Positions 44,005 through 53,823 of a DNA stretch of 64,000 nucleotides are shown piece by piece. Origin of the DNA: Candidatus Nanopelagicales bacterium. GTDB lineage: Bacteria; Actinomycetota; Actinomycetes; S36-B12; UBA5976. How positions within the stretch are numbered: position 1 is the stretch's first letter; the number at the start of each line of letters is the position of its first letter. The DNA lies in contig JBDNJO010000021.1 of assembly GCA_041687715.1 (NCBI GenBank), forward strand, positions 4,895 to 68,894. The letters are read 5' to 3'. The notes beneath the pieces are model-generated. The model worked only from the letters and a program-made list of their open reading frames with translations. It was not told the origin of the DNA and ran no database searches. Both the position numbers and the translations under genes were made by a program.

Positions 44005-44042
44005 TTTGATTTCGGCAGTTGTATGAGACTGCCGAAATCAAA
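44005..44042 (+). other. Perfect 14-bp stem-loop between rplO and secY; no U-tract
   Basis: TTTGATTTCGGCAG-(10 nt)-CTGCCGAAATCAAA, paired by hand. It lies inside the spc operon, 33 nt before the secY ATG. Confidence 0.6.
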
Positions 44043-44074
44043 TTCCCAGAAGAAAATTACCCAAGGAGCCGAAA

Positions 44075-45367
44075 ATGCTAAGTGCATTCGCAGCAGCGTT
44101 TCGTACCCCTGACCTGCGCCGTAAACTGCTTTTCACACTCGGCATTATTGCAATTTTCCGAATGGGCTCGGTTATTCCTGCGCCAGGCGTTAGTTACACC
44201 GCAGTACAGATTTGTGTTGATTCGGTGCAAGACAATTCGATTTATGGCTTGATCAACTTATTTAGCGGTGGCGCATTGCTACAGCTTTCGATTTTTGCGC
44301 TTGGCATCATGCCTTACATCACTGCAAGCATCATCATCCAGTTACTTACTGTTGTTATCCCTCGTTTGGAAACCTTGAAAAAGGAAGGCCAAGCAGGTCA
44401 AGCTCGCATCACTCAGTTCACCCGTTACCTAACGGTTGGTCTGGCAGTTTTGCAGTCCACAACAATCATTACTTTGGCGCGTACTCCTGGCCGATTGTTC
44501 CAGGGTTGCAATGAGCAGCTGCTTCCCAATCAGTCAATTCAAATGCTCCTTACTATCGTCGTAGTAATGACCGCTGGAGCTTCGTTAATTTTCTGGTTAG
44601 GAGAATTGATTACCGATCGCGGCGTTGGCAACGGTATGTCAATTTTGATTTTCTCCTCCATCATTTCAACTTTCCCAGGCCAGCTATCTTCGATCTTCAC
44701 CATTGATGGTTCGCTTAAGTTCATCATGGTGCTTTTAGTTATTGGCGTAACTATTGCGGCTGTTGTTTTCGTGGAGCAAGCGCAACGACGAATTCCAGTG
44801 CAGTATGCAAAGCGTCAAGTTGGTCGCAAGTCATACGGTGGCACCTCAACATACTTACCAATAAAAGTAAACCAAGCCGGTGTAATTCCAGTTATTTTTG
44901 CTTCTTCGTTGCTTTACTTACCATCACTAATTGTTCAATTAACTGGTTCGCAAGCTGGTTGGGCGCAATGGGTTGCTACCTACATGGATCCAGGTCGCTC
45001 TGGTTACCTAACTCTTAACTTTTTACTAATTATGTTCTTTGCATATTTTTATGTCTCAATTACGTTTAATCCTGAAGAAACTGCCGACAACATGAAGCAG
45101 TACGGCGGCTTTATTCCAGGAATCCGAGCTGGAAAGCCAACAGCTGATTATTTGGCATACGTTCTAAATCGCATCACACTTCCTGGCTCACTTTACTTGG
45201 CAATTGTTGCAACGTTGCCTTACCTTGCATTTGAAGCCCTTGGCGTTGGTACCAGATTCGCTTTTGGCGGCACAAGTATTTTGATCATCGTGGGCGTAGG
45301 TTTGGACACTGTGAAGCAAATCGAAAGCCAATTGCAGCAACGTAACTATGAAGGTTTCTTGAAATAA
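44075..45367 (+). CDS. secY: Preprotein translocase subunit SecY
   Basis: 430 aa, 10 TM helices. DLRRKLLFTLGIIAIFRMGSVIPAPGV...ALGIMPYITASIIIQLL. Confidence 0.97.
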   Translation: MLSAFAAAFRTPDLRRKLLFTLGIIAIFRMGSVIPAPGVSYTAVQICVDSVQDNSIYGLINLFSGGALLQLSIFALGIMPYITASIIIQLLTVVIPRLETLKKEGQAGQARITQFTRYLTVGLAVLQSTTIITLARTPGRLFQGCNEQLLPNQSIQMLLTIVVVMTAGASLIFWLGELITDRGVGNGMSILIFSSIISTFPGQLSSIFTIDGSLKFIMVLLVIGVTIAAVVFVEQAQRRIPVQYAKRQVGRKSYGGTSTYLPIKVNQAGVIPVIFASSLLYLPSLIVQLTGSQAGWAQWVATYMDPGRSGYLTLNFLLIMFFAYFYVSITFNPEETADNMKQYGGFIPGIRAGKPTADYLAYVLNRITLPGSLYLAIVATLPYLAFEALGVGTRFAFGGTSILIIVGVGLDTVKQIESQLQQRNYEGFLK

Positions 45368-45924
45368 TGCGGTTGCTCATTATGGGGCCACCAGGTGCTG
45401 GCAAGGGTACTCAAGCAGAAATGATTTGCTCCGAGTTTGGAGTTACTCACATTTCAACTGGAGATTTATTTCGTTTAAATTTGGCACAAGGAACTTCACT
45501 TGGTCAAGAAGCAAAAAAGTATATGGACGTTGGCGAGTATGTCCCTGACTCAGTTACAAATGGCATGGTTCGCGCCCGATTAAAAGATGCCGACGTAGCT
45601 GCTGGATTTTTATTAGATGGTTACCCACGCACTGTTGCCCAAGTTGCTGAACTAGATGGCATGCTCGGCGCAGCGCCGTTGGATCGAGTATTGGAACTAA
45701 CTGCTGATACGGAAGAAGTTGTTAAACGACTTCAGGCACGCGCAACTGAGCAAGGTCGCGCTGATGACACGGCAGAAGTAATCCGAAGGCGCTTAGAACT
45801 TTATGCAGAACAAACAGCGCCGTTGACTGCGCTTTACAAATCTCGTGGCTTATTAGTTCAAGTTGACGGACTTGGATCCGTCGCGGAAGTTACTGCTCGA
45901 ATTTCTGACGCGCTAAAAAGTTAG
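45367..45924 (+). CDS. adk: Adenylate kinase (short form without a zinc lid)
   Basis: MRLLIMGPPGAGKGTQAEMI...ISTGDLFR...LLDGYPRT. Confidence 0.96.
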   Translation: MRLLIMGPPGAGKGTQAEMICSEFGVTHISTGDLFRLNLAQGTSLGQEAKKYMDVGEYVPDSVTNGMVRARLKDADVAAGFLLDGYPRTVAQVAELDGMLGAAPLDRVLELTADTEEVVKRLQARATEQGRADDTAEVIRRRLELYAEQTAPLTALYKSRGLLVQVDGLGSVAEVTARISDALKS

Positions 45925-45933
45925 TTTCACCAA

Positions 45934-46764
45934 ATGATTGGTCGCAAAAGTAAATTCGAAATTAAGACTCCAGAACAAATCTTAATAATGCGCAAGGCCG
46001 GCTTAGTCGTTGCTGATGTATTAGCTCGCATGCAACTTGAAGCCGGACCAGGTGTCACAACATTGCAACTGGATAAAATCGCGCGCGAGATGCTGGCTGC
46101 AGCAGGCGCGCAATCTTCTTTCCTTGGATACTTTGGTTACCCTTCGGTAATTTGCTCATCATTAAATGATGAAGTTGTGCATTCAATTCCAAATGAAATT
46201 GTGCTTAAGGATGGCGACATTTTGTCGATTGATTTTGGCGCAATTGTGGATGGCTGGAATGGTGACGCGGCAGTAACAATTGAAATTGGCACACCTAGGA
46301 CAGAGCAAACAGCGCTTAGTAATGCAACGCGCGAATCAATGTGGGCGGGCTTAGCAAAAGCCGTCGCAGGAAATCGGTTATCTGACATTAGTCACGCGAT
46401 CGAGACGGTTATTCGCAACGCAGGCAACTACGGAATTTTAGAAGATTACGGTGGCCATGGAATTGGAACAAAAATGCACATGGATCCGCTGATTCCAAAT
46501 TACGGTGCGCCAGGCCATGGTCCAGAATTAATTGTTGGCATGGCACTTGCGATCGAACCTATGGCAACTCTTGGTTCCCAGCATGTGCGAACACTTGACG
46601 ATGAATGGACTGTAGTAACTACAGATGGTTCGCGCGCTGCGCACTGGGAACACACCGTTGCGATCACGGCAGAGGGGCCATGGGTTTTAACAGCTCATGA
46701 TGGTGGCGCGCAGTATTTTGCGGCCCACGGAATCCCTAGCCCAGCTGCAAAGTACGCGGTTTAA
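45934..46764 (+). CDS. map: Type I methionine aminopeptidase
   Basis: ICSSLNDEVVHSIP...GDILSIDFGAIVDGWNGDAA...GHGIG...LAIEPM...WEHTVAIT (metal ligands D, D, H, E, E). Confidence 0.95.
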   Translation: MIGRKSKFEIKTPEQILIMRKAGLVVADVLARMQLEAGPGVTTLQLDKIAREMLAAAGAQSSFLGYFGYPSVICSSLNDEVVHSIPNEIVLKDGDILSIDFGAIVDGWNGDAAVTIEIGTPRTEQTALSNATRESMWAGLAKAVAGNRLSDISHAIETVIRNAGNYGILEDYGGHGIGTKMHMDPLIPNYGAPGHGPELIVGMALAIEPMATLGSQHVRTLDDEWTVVTTDGSRAAHWEHTVAITAEGPWVLTAHDGGAQYFAAHGIPSPAAKYAV

Positions 46765-46935
46765 TTACTCAAAAATCAAGATTTCAAGAAAACCTGCACC
46801 AAGAATTGCAAAAACCCTTATTTCAATGGGGGGTCACTCCCAGGATTTCATGTTTTGCAGGGTATTGCCGTAACATCAGTCTTCGGTCCTAAAGTTCATT
46901 CATTAGGCCGCTTCCAAAGGAGAGTCAGTACTTTT

Positions 46936-47157
46936 ATGGCCAAAAAAGACGGCGCCATCGAGATCGAAGGCACCATCACCGAGGCACTACCGAACGCTAT
47001 GTTTCGGGTAGAACTCGAAAATGGCCACAAGGTTCTAGCTCACATCTCCGGCAAGATGCGTATGCACTACATCCGTATTTTGCCCGATGACAAGGTTGTT
47101 GTGGAGTTATCTCCATACGATCTAACCCGAGGACGAATTGTTTATCGTTACAAGTGA
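46936..47157 (+). CDS. infA: Translation initiation factor IF-1
   Basis: [73 protein letters not shown]. The track ORF start (46855) is an upstream extension. Confidence 0.97.
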   Translation: MAKKDGAIEIEGTITEALPNAMFRVELENGHKVLAHISGKMRMHYIRILPDDKVVVELSPYDLTRGRIVYRYK

Positions 47158-47172
47158 TCAGGATATAAAAAA

Positions 47173-47286
47173 GTGAAGGTTAATCCCTCAGTTAAGCCAA
47201 TGTGCGACAAGTGCAAAGTCATTCGTCGTCATGGTGTTGTCATGGTCATTTGCGAAAACCCACGCCATAAACAGCGTCAGGGCTAG
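47173..47286 (+). CDS. rpmJ: 50S ribosomal protein L36
   Basis: Absent from the ORF track (37 aa). Read directly: GTG start, [40 protein letters not shown] stop. Confidence 0.93.
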   Translation: MKVNPSVKPMCDKCKVIRRHGVVMVICENPRHKQRQG

Positions 47287-47441
47287 ATAGACCTCAATAA
47301 GACGATCACCCGATCCCGAATGAACGCGTGCGTGAATTCGGAACGACACCCTCAGGTGTGTAAAGGCTGAGGACCTTGTCAGGCGGCAAGGAATGGTGAA
47401 CGTGCGAGACCTTTACCGAGAACAGAAATGAGTAACGCCTG

Positions 47442-47819
47442 ATGGCACGCCTTGTTGGTGTCGACCTCCCGCGCGAGAAGCGTCTAGAGATCGCCCTTAC
47501 ATATATCTTTGGCATTGGCCGTACCCGCGCGGATGAAATCCTTGCGGCAACCGGTATCAGTCCAGATCTTCGCGTTAAGGACCTAACGGATGAGCAACTA
47601 ATTCCGTTACGCGAATTCATCGAAGCCAACTTCAAAATTGAAGGTGATCTTCGTCGCGAGGTGCAAGCCGATATTCGTCGCAAGATTGAAATCGGTTCGT
47701 ACCAAGGAATCCGTCATCGTCGTGGAATGCCTGTCCGTGGACAGCGCACCCACACCAACGCCCGTACCCGTAAAGGTCCGAAGAAGACCGTGGCTGGAAA
47801 GAAGAAAGTAGCTAAGTAG
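47442..47819 (+). CDS. rpsM: 30S ribosomal protein S13
   Basis: [34 protein letters not shown]. Confidence 0.97.
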   Translation: MARLVGVDLPREKRLEIALTYIFGIGRTRADEILAATGISPDLRVKDLTDEQLIPLREFIEANFKIEGDLRREVQADIRRKIEIGSYQGIRHRRGMPVRGQRTHTNARTRKGPKKTVAGKKKVAK

Positions 47820-47856
47820 CTACCGACCTCTTCCCATCTGAGAATTAAGGAAACCA

Positions 47857-48264
47857 ATGCCTCCAAAGAAAGCCACTGCGGCCGGTGCTAAGAAGATCCG
47901 TCGCAAGGAAAAGAAGAATGTTGCAGTAGGCCAGGCCTACATCAAGTCAACGTTCAACAACACAATCGTTTCAATCACCGATCCATCTGGCGCTGTGATC
48001 GCTTGGTCATCAGCTGGTCAAGTTGGTTTCAAGGGCAGCCGTAAGAGCACCCCGTTCGCTGCGCAAATGGCTGCCGAAGCTGCTGCCAAGCGTGCAATGG
48101 AACACGGCATGAAGAAAGTTGATGTTTTTGTAAAAGGCCCAGGCTCCGGTCGCGAAACTGCGATTCGTTCCCTGCAAGCCTCTGGTCTTGAAGTTGGAAC
48201 AATTCAAGACATGACCCCTGTCCCTCATAACGGATGCCGCCCTTCCAAGCGTCGCCGCGTCTGA
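47857..48264 (+). CDS. rpsK: 30S ribosomal protein S11
   Basis: [46 protein letters not shown]. Confidence 0.97.
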   Translation: MPPKKATAAGAKKIRRKEKKNVAVGQAYIKSTFNNTIVSITDPSGAVIAWSSAGQVGFKGSRKSTPFAAQMAAEAAAKRAMEHGMKKVDVFVKGPGSGRETAIRSLQASGLEVGTIQDMTPVPHNGCRPSKRRRV

Positions 48265-48290
48265 TACGAAGAAATTAGGAGACAAAACTC

Positions 48291-48917
48291 ATGGCTCGTT
48301 ATACCGGTCCCGATTGCAAGCGTTGCCGTCGCGAAAAAACAAAATTATTTCTTAAGGGTTCAAAGTGTGATTCACCAAAGTGCCCGATGGAATCTCGTCC
48401 TTACCCTCCAGGCCAGCATGGTCGCGGTCGCGCTAAGGAATCTGAATACTTATTACAGATGCGTGAGAAGCAGAAAACTGCTCGTATCTACGGTGTGCTA
48501 GAAAAGCAGTTCCGTGGTTACTACGAAGAAGCTAGCCGTAAGCACGGCAAGACTGGTGAAAACCTGCTTCGCATTCTTGAATCCCGTTTGGACAATGTTG
48601 TCTTCCGTGCTGGCTTTGCAAAGAGTCGCGACATGGGACGTCAGCTTGTTCGTCACGGACACATTGTTGTTAACGGCCAGAAGGTAGACATTCCGTCTTT
48701 CCGTGTTAGCCCGAACGATGTAATTGAAGTTCGCAAATCTTCTCTTGAGATGACCCCATTCCAGGTCGCTTACTCAGAAATTGGCGAACGTACCGTACCT
48801 GCATGGTTGGAAGTAATCCCAGCTGGCATGCGTATCCTGGTCCACTCCCTTCCTGCACGTGAGGTCATTGACACTCAGGTTCAGGAACAGTTGATCGTTG
48901 AACTTTACTCCAAGTAA
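48291..48917 (+). CDS. rpsD: 30S ribosomal protein S4
   Basis: MARYTGPDCKRCRREKTKLFLKGSKCDSPKCP...LESRLDNVVFRAGFA. Confidence 0.97.
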   Translation: MARYTGPDCKRCRREKTKLFLKGSKCDSPKCPMESRPYPPGQHGRGRAKESEYLLQMREKQKTARIYGVLEKQFRGYYEEASRKHGKTGENLLRILESRLDNVVFRAGFAKSRDMGRQLVRHGHIVVNGQKVDIPSFRVSPNDVIEVRKSSLEMTPFQVAYSEIGERTVPAWLEVIPAGMRILVHSLPAREVIDTQVQEQLIVELYSK

Positions 48918-48975
48918 TTAACATCCCCATAAAAGTGCGACTTCAAATTGTGGCTGTCGCCGAAAGGAAATAACT

Positions 48976-50091
48976 GTGCTGATCTCAGTCCGCCCAGAAC
49001 TAAAAGAAGAAGTACTATCCGAAACTCGTTCCCGCTTCGTGCTTGCACCGCTAGAACCAGGTTTTGGTTACACACTAGGTAACTCACTACGCCGCACCTT
49101 GCTGTCATCTATTCCAGGTGCTGCAATTACAAGCATCAAGCTTGAAGGCATTCTGCACGAATTCACTACCATCGAAGGCGTTAAGGAGGACATCACTGAA
49201 GTCATCCTGAACCTTAAGAACTTGGTTGTGTCCTCGCAGTTTGACGAGCCAGTAACTATGTACTTACGTAAGCAGGGCCCAGGTCCCGTAACAGCTGCTG
49301 ACATTGCGCCTCCAGCTGGCGTTGAAATCTTCAACCCAGAATTATTCCTAGCTACCCTTAATGACAAGGGCAAGCTAGACATGGAGATTGTTGTTGAACA
49401 AGGCCGCGGTTACATCTCTGCAGCTAACAACAAGGCAAGTGGCGGCGAAATTGGCCGAATTCCAATTGACTCAATTTACTCACCAGTGCTTAAGGTCACT
49501 TACAAGGTAGAAGCAACTCGCGTTGAACAGCGCACTGACTTCGACTCACTTGTAATTGATGTTGAAACCAAGGGCTCAATTGTGCCTCGCGATGCAATCG
49601 CATCCGCAGGAGCAACACTTGTTGAACTCTTTGGTCTAGCCCGGGAACTAAATGTTGAAGCTGAAGGTATCGAAATTGGGCCATCAGTAACAGACCAGTT
49701 CGCAGCTGAGCTACTAAGCATGCCTGTTGAAGCACTTGACCTAACAGTTCGTTCTTACAATTGCTTAAAGCGTGAAGGTATCCACACTGTTGGAGAACTA
49801 ATCACTCGCTCCGAAGCTGACTTGATGGACATTCGCAACTTCGGCGCGAAGTCCATTGACGAAGTTAAGGACAAGTTGATCTCGATGGGAATCGCACTTA
49901 AGGATTCACCTCCAGGATTTGATCCAAGTCAGTATGCATCAGCATTTGATGATGATTACAACGAAGACGAAGAAGAAGCATTCGTACCAGCAGGTTCCTA
50001 TGCAACTTTCCAGTCCGAAGCATCACCAGCAGTCGCTGATGACGCAGCAGCAGATGACGACCAAAGTTTCGCTGAGGATGAGCAGCTCTAA
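48976..50091 (+). CDS. rpoA: DNA-directed RNA polymerase subunit alpha with a ~50-aa acidic C-terminal tail
   Basis: GTG start. [54 protein letters not shown]. The CTD is [22 protein letters not shown]. Confidence 0.97.
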   Translation: MLISVRPELKEEVLSETRSRFVLAPLEPGFGYTLGNSLRRTLLSSIPGAAITSIKLEGILHEFTTIEGVKEDITEVILNLKNLVVSSQFDEPVTMYLRKQGPGPVTAADIAPPAGVEIFNPELFLATLNDKGKLDMEIVVEQGRGYISAANNKASGGEIGRIPIDSIYSPVLKVTYKVEATRVEQRTDFDSLVIDVETKGSIVPRDAIASAGATLVELFGLARELNVEAEGIEIGPSVTDQFAAELLSMPVEALDLTVRSYNCLKREGIHTVGELITRSEADLMDIRNFGAKSIDEVKDKLISMGIALKDSPPGFDPSQYASAFDDDYNEDEEEAFVPAGSYATFQSEASPAVADDAAADDDQSFAEDEQL

Positions 50092-50131
50092 CGAGCTCTC
50101 ATTTCCAGTAACGAATTGACAGGAGAGAAAC

Positions 50132-50854
50132 ATGCCACAGCCATCCAAGGGTAAGCGAATGGGCGGAAGTCCAGCTCACGAGCGCCTAATTCTGGCTAAC
50201 CTCGCAACTGCGTTGTTCGAGCATGGTCGCATCACAACGACTGAAGCGCGTGCACGTCGGTTGCGCCCAGTTGCAGAGCGATTGATCACAATCTCGAAGA
50301 AGGGCGATCTACATGCTCGTCGTCGGGTGCTAACTGTTATCCGCAATAAGGATGTTGTTCACACCCTTTTTGCAGAGATTGGTCCACGCTTCCAAAATCG
50401 TGAAGGTGGCTATACCCGCATCGTAAAGATTGGTCCGCGGAAGGGCGATAACGCTCCTATGGCAGTGATTGAACTTGTCGAAGAACTTGATACAGCTCGC
50501 GCTGCTGAAGGTGTAGCCCGTCGCGCCGCAAAGGAAGCCGAAATGGCAACTGCCGCAGCAGCTGCTTCAGCAGCAGCAATCGCAAAAGCATCCGCTGTTG
50601 ATTCACCCGAAGACATAGCTGCAGTTGAGGAAGTTGCAGCTATTGAAGCGGAGGCAACTGAGATCTCTGATACGCAAACTGCGATCAAAGCGGAAATCTC
50701 TGAAGGTTCGCCAGTGGATCAAGTTCCAGCAGTTGAGGCCATTGAATCGGCCGATTCTGGCAAAGCCTCAGAATCGGAATCAGTAAAAACTGAAGGCTCC
50801 CCGATTGAGGCAGAAGCAACAGATTCGGAAGCAGAAGCAACTGACGAAGCGTAA
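50132..50854 (+). CDS. rplQ: 50S ribosomal protein L17 with a ~120-aa Ala/Glu-rich C-terminal extension
   Basis: [46 protein letters not shown]...[25 protein letters not shown], followed by a low-complexity tail. Confidence 0.96.
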   Translation: MPQPSKGKRMGGSPAHERLILANLATALFEHGRITTTEARARRLRPVAERLITISKKGDLHARRRVLTVIRNKDVVHTLFAEIGPRFQNREGGYTRIVKIGPRKGDNAPMAVIELVEELDTARAAEGVARRAAKEAEMATAAAAASAAAIAKASAVDSPEDIAAVEEVAAIEAEATEISDTQTAIKAEISEGSPVDQVPAVEAIESADSGKASESESVKTEGSPIEAEATDSEAEATDEA

Positions 50855-50858
50855 CTAA

Positions 50859-51713
50859 ATGGTGTTATCGAATGAGCCCCTCGTTGCAATTGCAGCACAG
50901 GGGCTCATTCGCATTCGTGGCCAAGTTAGCTATGACGGAAAAGATTTTTCAGGCTGGGGGATGCAGCCGGATCGTCGAACCATTCAAGGTGAATTAGAAA
51001 ATGCTCTGGCAATTTTTTTCCGGCTCGATCGGGTTGTGGTCCAGTGTGCTGGGCGTACTGACGCTGGCGTACATGCGATTGGCCAAGTAATCCACTTTGA
51101 TATCGCAGCGGAAGCTGTAATCGATATGGGCGATTTGGCCTATCGATTAAACGCCATCTTGCCTGAAGATATTACAATTCGAAAACTGGAAGTTACTGCT
51201 CCAGATTTTGATGCTCGGTTTGCTGCACTATCTCGGCGCTATGAATATTTAATGTACCAAGGAATTCGAAATCCATTATTGCGAGATCGCGCCCATCACA
51301 GCTATCTGCCACTTGATGTGCCTGCAATGCATGATGCCAGCCAGGTTCTCGTTGGCCTTCACGACTTCGCAGCTTTTTGTCGCAAGCGCGAAGGCGCAAC
51401 TACCGTTCGAACTCTGATGCGCTTTGACTGGAGTGTTGAACAAGATGGCTTGATTAAGGCGCAACTTCAAGCAGATGCCTTTTGCTATTCCATGGTTCGC
51501 GGGTTAGTCGGCGCAGTCCTTGCAATTGGTGAAGGTAAGTACGACAAATCTTGGCTGCAGAGATATTTAGCTGGCAAGGAACGCGAAGCACAAGTCTTTG
51601 CAGCGCCCGCGCTGGGCTTAACTTTTATCGATGTGCAGTATCCAGACTCCAGCGAGTACACAAAGCGAATAACAGAAACGCTGCAAGCTAGGGATTCTGA
51701 TGGGTCACCTTGA
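50859..51713 (+). CDS. truA: tRNA pseudouridine(38-40) synthase TruA
   Basis: VSYDGKDFSGWGMQP...CAGRTDAGVHAIGQVIHFD...SRRYEY. Confidence 0.93.
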   Translation: MVLSNEPLVAIAAQGLIRIRGQVSYDGKDFSGWGMQPDRRTIQGELENALAIFFRLDRVVVQCAGRTDAGVHAIGQVIHFDIAAEAVIDMGDLAYRLNAILPEDITIRKLEVTAPDFDARFAALSRRYEYLMYQGIRNPLLRDRAHHSYLPLDVPAMHDASQVLVGLHDFAAFCRKREGATTVRTLMRFDWSVEQDGLIKAQLQADAFCYSMVRGLVGAVLAIGEGKYDKSWLQRYLAGKEREAQVFAAPALGLTFIDVQYPDSSEYTKRITETLQARDSDGSP

Positions 51714-53373
51714 TATCCAGCACATAACTTTCTCACTTCCAGATGGCCGCATTCTTTTGTTGGATGTCTCATTTCGAGTTGGTGAAGGCGCCATCACTGC
51801 GTTGATTGGAGCAAATGGCGCAGGCAAAACTACTTTGATGCGAATGATCGCAGGCGACGAGCCAGTGCAAGAGGGAAGTATTGCGCGAACTGGTGGACTT
51901 GGCGTGATGCGACAGTTTGTTGGACACATGACTGATGGCACGGTGCGCGATTTATTACTAACGGTTGCACCGGATGCGATCGCGCAAGCTGCAGCAAAAA
52001 TCACGGCAACCGAACTGGCCATGATTGAAGACTCCAGTGAAAAAAATCAAATGGCTTACGCCCAAGCGATTGCCGATTGGGCTGATGTTGGTGGCTATGA
52101 CATCGAGGTGCTTTGGGATGTTTGCACTATGGCTGCAATTCAATTGCCATTTGATACTGCCCAGCAACGCTGCGCAGGAAGCCTTTCTGGTGGCGAACAA
52201 AAGCGGTTAGTTTTAGAAGCGTTGTTACGAGGTCCAGAAGAAGTACTGCTGCTTGATGAGCCAGATAACTACTTGGATGTTCCTGGAAAAAAGTGGTTAG
52301 AGGATCAGTTAAATCAAACCAAGAAGACAGTGCTCTATGTCAGTCATGATCGCGAATTATTGGCTAATACAGCCAAACAGATTGTGACTTTGGAATTAGG
52401 GCATGCCGGAAATTCAGTTTGGATACATGGCAGTGGCTTTGCCAGTCACGGTCAAGCCCGCACAGATCGGTTTGCACGACTCGAAGAGCTTCGTAAACGT
52501 TGGGATGAAGAGCACCAGAAAATTAAGGATCTAGTCCAGATGTTAAAAGTCAAAGCCAAATTTAATGATGGCTTAGCTTCTCGTTATCAAGCGGCGCAAA
52601 CACGACTACGTAAATTTGAAGAAATTGGTCCACCACAAGAGATTCCAATCGAGCAAAATGTGAAGATGCGACTCAAGGGTGGCCGTACCGGAAAGCGCGC
52701 AGTTGTTTGCGAGAAACTTTCTTTAACTGGATTAGTTGAACCATTTGATCTAGAGATTTGGTTTGGCGAACGCATCGGAGTACTCGGCGCTAATGGCTCG
52801 GGCAAGAGTCACTTTTTACGATTACTGGCAGCTGGTGGTACTGATCCAGAACTTGAGCATTTACCGATAAGCGATGTAACAATTGAACCGGTTGTTCATT
52901 CTGGAAAATCAAAACTTGGTGCGCGGATTCGACCAGGTTGGTTTGCCCAGACACACCATCACCCAGAATTAGTTGGACGCACACTTATTGAAATTTTGCA
53001 TCGTGGGGATGAGCATCGAAGTGGCATGCAACAGGAACATTCGGCGCGCGCACTGGATCGTTACGGCTTAGCTGGAGCTAGCGAACAAAAGTTTGAATCA
53101 CTCTCTGGCGGCCAGCAGGCAAGATTTCAAATCTTGTTGCTGGAACTATCCGGCGCCACTTTATTACTGCTCGATGAACCCACAGATAACTTAGATTTGG
53201 AATCCGCGGAAGCTTTGGAGCGAGCACTAGATGCTTTTGAAGGAACGGTTTTGGCAGTTACCCATGATCGCTGGTTCTCGCGAACTATGGATCGGTTTAT
53301 TGTTTTCGGCGCAGATTCCACAGTTCGCGAATCTGATGAGCCAGTGTGGGATGAGAAGCGAGCTAAAAGGTAA
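51700..53373 (+). CDS. ABC-F family ATPase: two ABC domains, ~80-aa helical linker, no TM domain
   Basis: GANGAGKTT / LSGGEQKR / LLLDEPDNYLD / VSHDR, then GANGSGKSH / LSGGQQAR / LLLDEPTDNLD / VTHDR. The ATG overlaps the truA 3' end by 14 nt. Confidence 0.88.
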   Translation: MGHLDIQHITFSLPDGRILLLDVSFRVGEGAITALIGANGAGKTTLMRMIAGDEPVQEGSIARTGGLGVMRQFVGHMTDGTVRDLLLTVAPDAIAQAAAKITATELAMIEDSSEKNQMAYAQAIADWADVGGYDIEVLWDVCTMAAIQLPFDTAQQRCAGSLSGGEQKRLVLEALLRGPEEVLLLDEPDNYLDVPGKKWLEDQLNQTKKTVLYVSHDRELLANTAKQIVTLELGHAGNSVWIHGSGFASHGQARTDRFARLEELRKRWDEEHQKIKDLVQMLKVKAKFNDGLASRYQAAQTRLRKFEEIGPPQEIPIEQNVKMRLKGGRTGKRAVVCEKLSLTGLVEPFDLEIWFGERIGVLGANGSGKSHFLRLLAAGGTDPELEHLPISDVTIEPVVHSGKSKLGARIRPGWFAQTHHHPELVGRTLIEILHRGDEHRSGMQQEHSARALDRYGLAGASEQKFESLSGGQQARFQILLLELSGATLLLLDEPTDNLDLESAEALERALDAFEGTVLAVTHDRWFSRTMDRFIVFGADSTVRESDEPVWDEKRAKR

Positions 53374-53383
53374 TCTGACAACC

Positions 53384-53674
53384 ATGATTATGGAAACCGC
53401 ATTCATGGAAATCGTCGCTGGCAAAGAACTTGAATTTGAGGCGGCAATGGAGAAAGCAAAAGCAGTCGTAGCCCTAGCCAAGGGTTTTCAAGTAATTCAT
53501 GTCCATCGAGGTATCGAAGCGCCATCAACTTATTTAATTGCAATTGGTTGGGACACATTGGAAGATCACATGGTTGGTTTTCGCGAATCAGAATTATTCA
53601 CACAATGGCGCGGACTGATAGGACCGTTCTTCGCAAACCCACCAGAAGTAAGTCATTGGGATTTACGGGAGTAG
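53384..53674 (+). CDS. ABM (antibiotic-biosynthesis-monooxygenase / Dabb) fold protein
   Basis: 96 aa from ATG 53384. METAFMEIVAGKELEFEAAMEKA...VHRGIEAPSTYLIAIGWDTLEDHMVGFRESELFTQWRGLIGPFF. The track ORF (53231) extends back into the ABC-F gene. Confidence 0.7.
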   Translation: MIMETAFMEIVAGKELEFEAAMEKAKAVVALAKGFQVIHVHRGIEAPSTYLIAIGWDTLEDHMVGFRESELFTQWRGLIGPFFANPPEVSHWDLRE

Positions 53675-53815
53675 ATTCCAGGGGTAAGCATTGGGATTTA
53701 CGGGAGTAGATTCCAGGGGTAAGCATTGGGATTTACGGGAGTAGATTCCAGGGGTAAGCATTGGGATTTACGGGAGTAAATTTCTAGGGGTAAGCATTGG
53801 GATTTACGGGAGTAG
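53643..53815. repeat. 35-bp tandem repeat, ~4.6-4.9 copies, beginning inside the last 9 codons of the ABM gene
   Basis: The unit CATTGGGATTTACGGGAGTAGATTCCAGGGGTAAG starts at 53654, 53689 and 53724 (identical copies) and at 53759 (36 nt, variant GTAAATTTCTAGGGG). A partial copy spans 53795-53815. The preceding CDS bases CCAGAAGTAAGT mimic the unit end CCAGGGGTAAG. Confidence 0.95.
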
Positions 53816-53823
53816 CAATTTAG

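Noticed and set aside
53643-53815. Possibility that the 35-bp repeat array is a CRISPR.
   Set aside because: The units are directly adjacent with no spacers. There are no cas genes in the window, and the unit derives from the adjacent CDS terminus.
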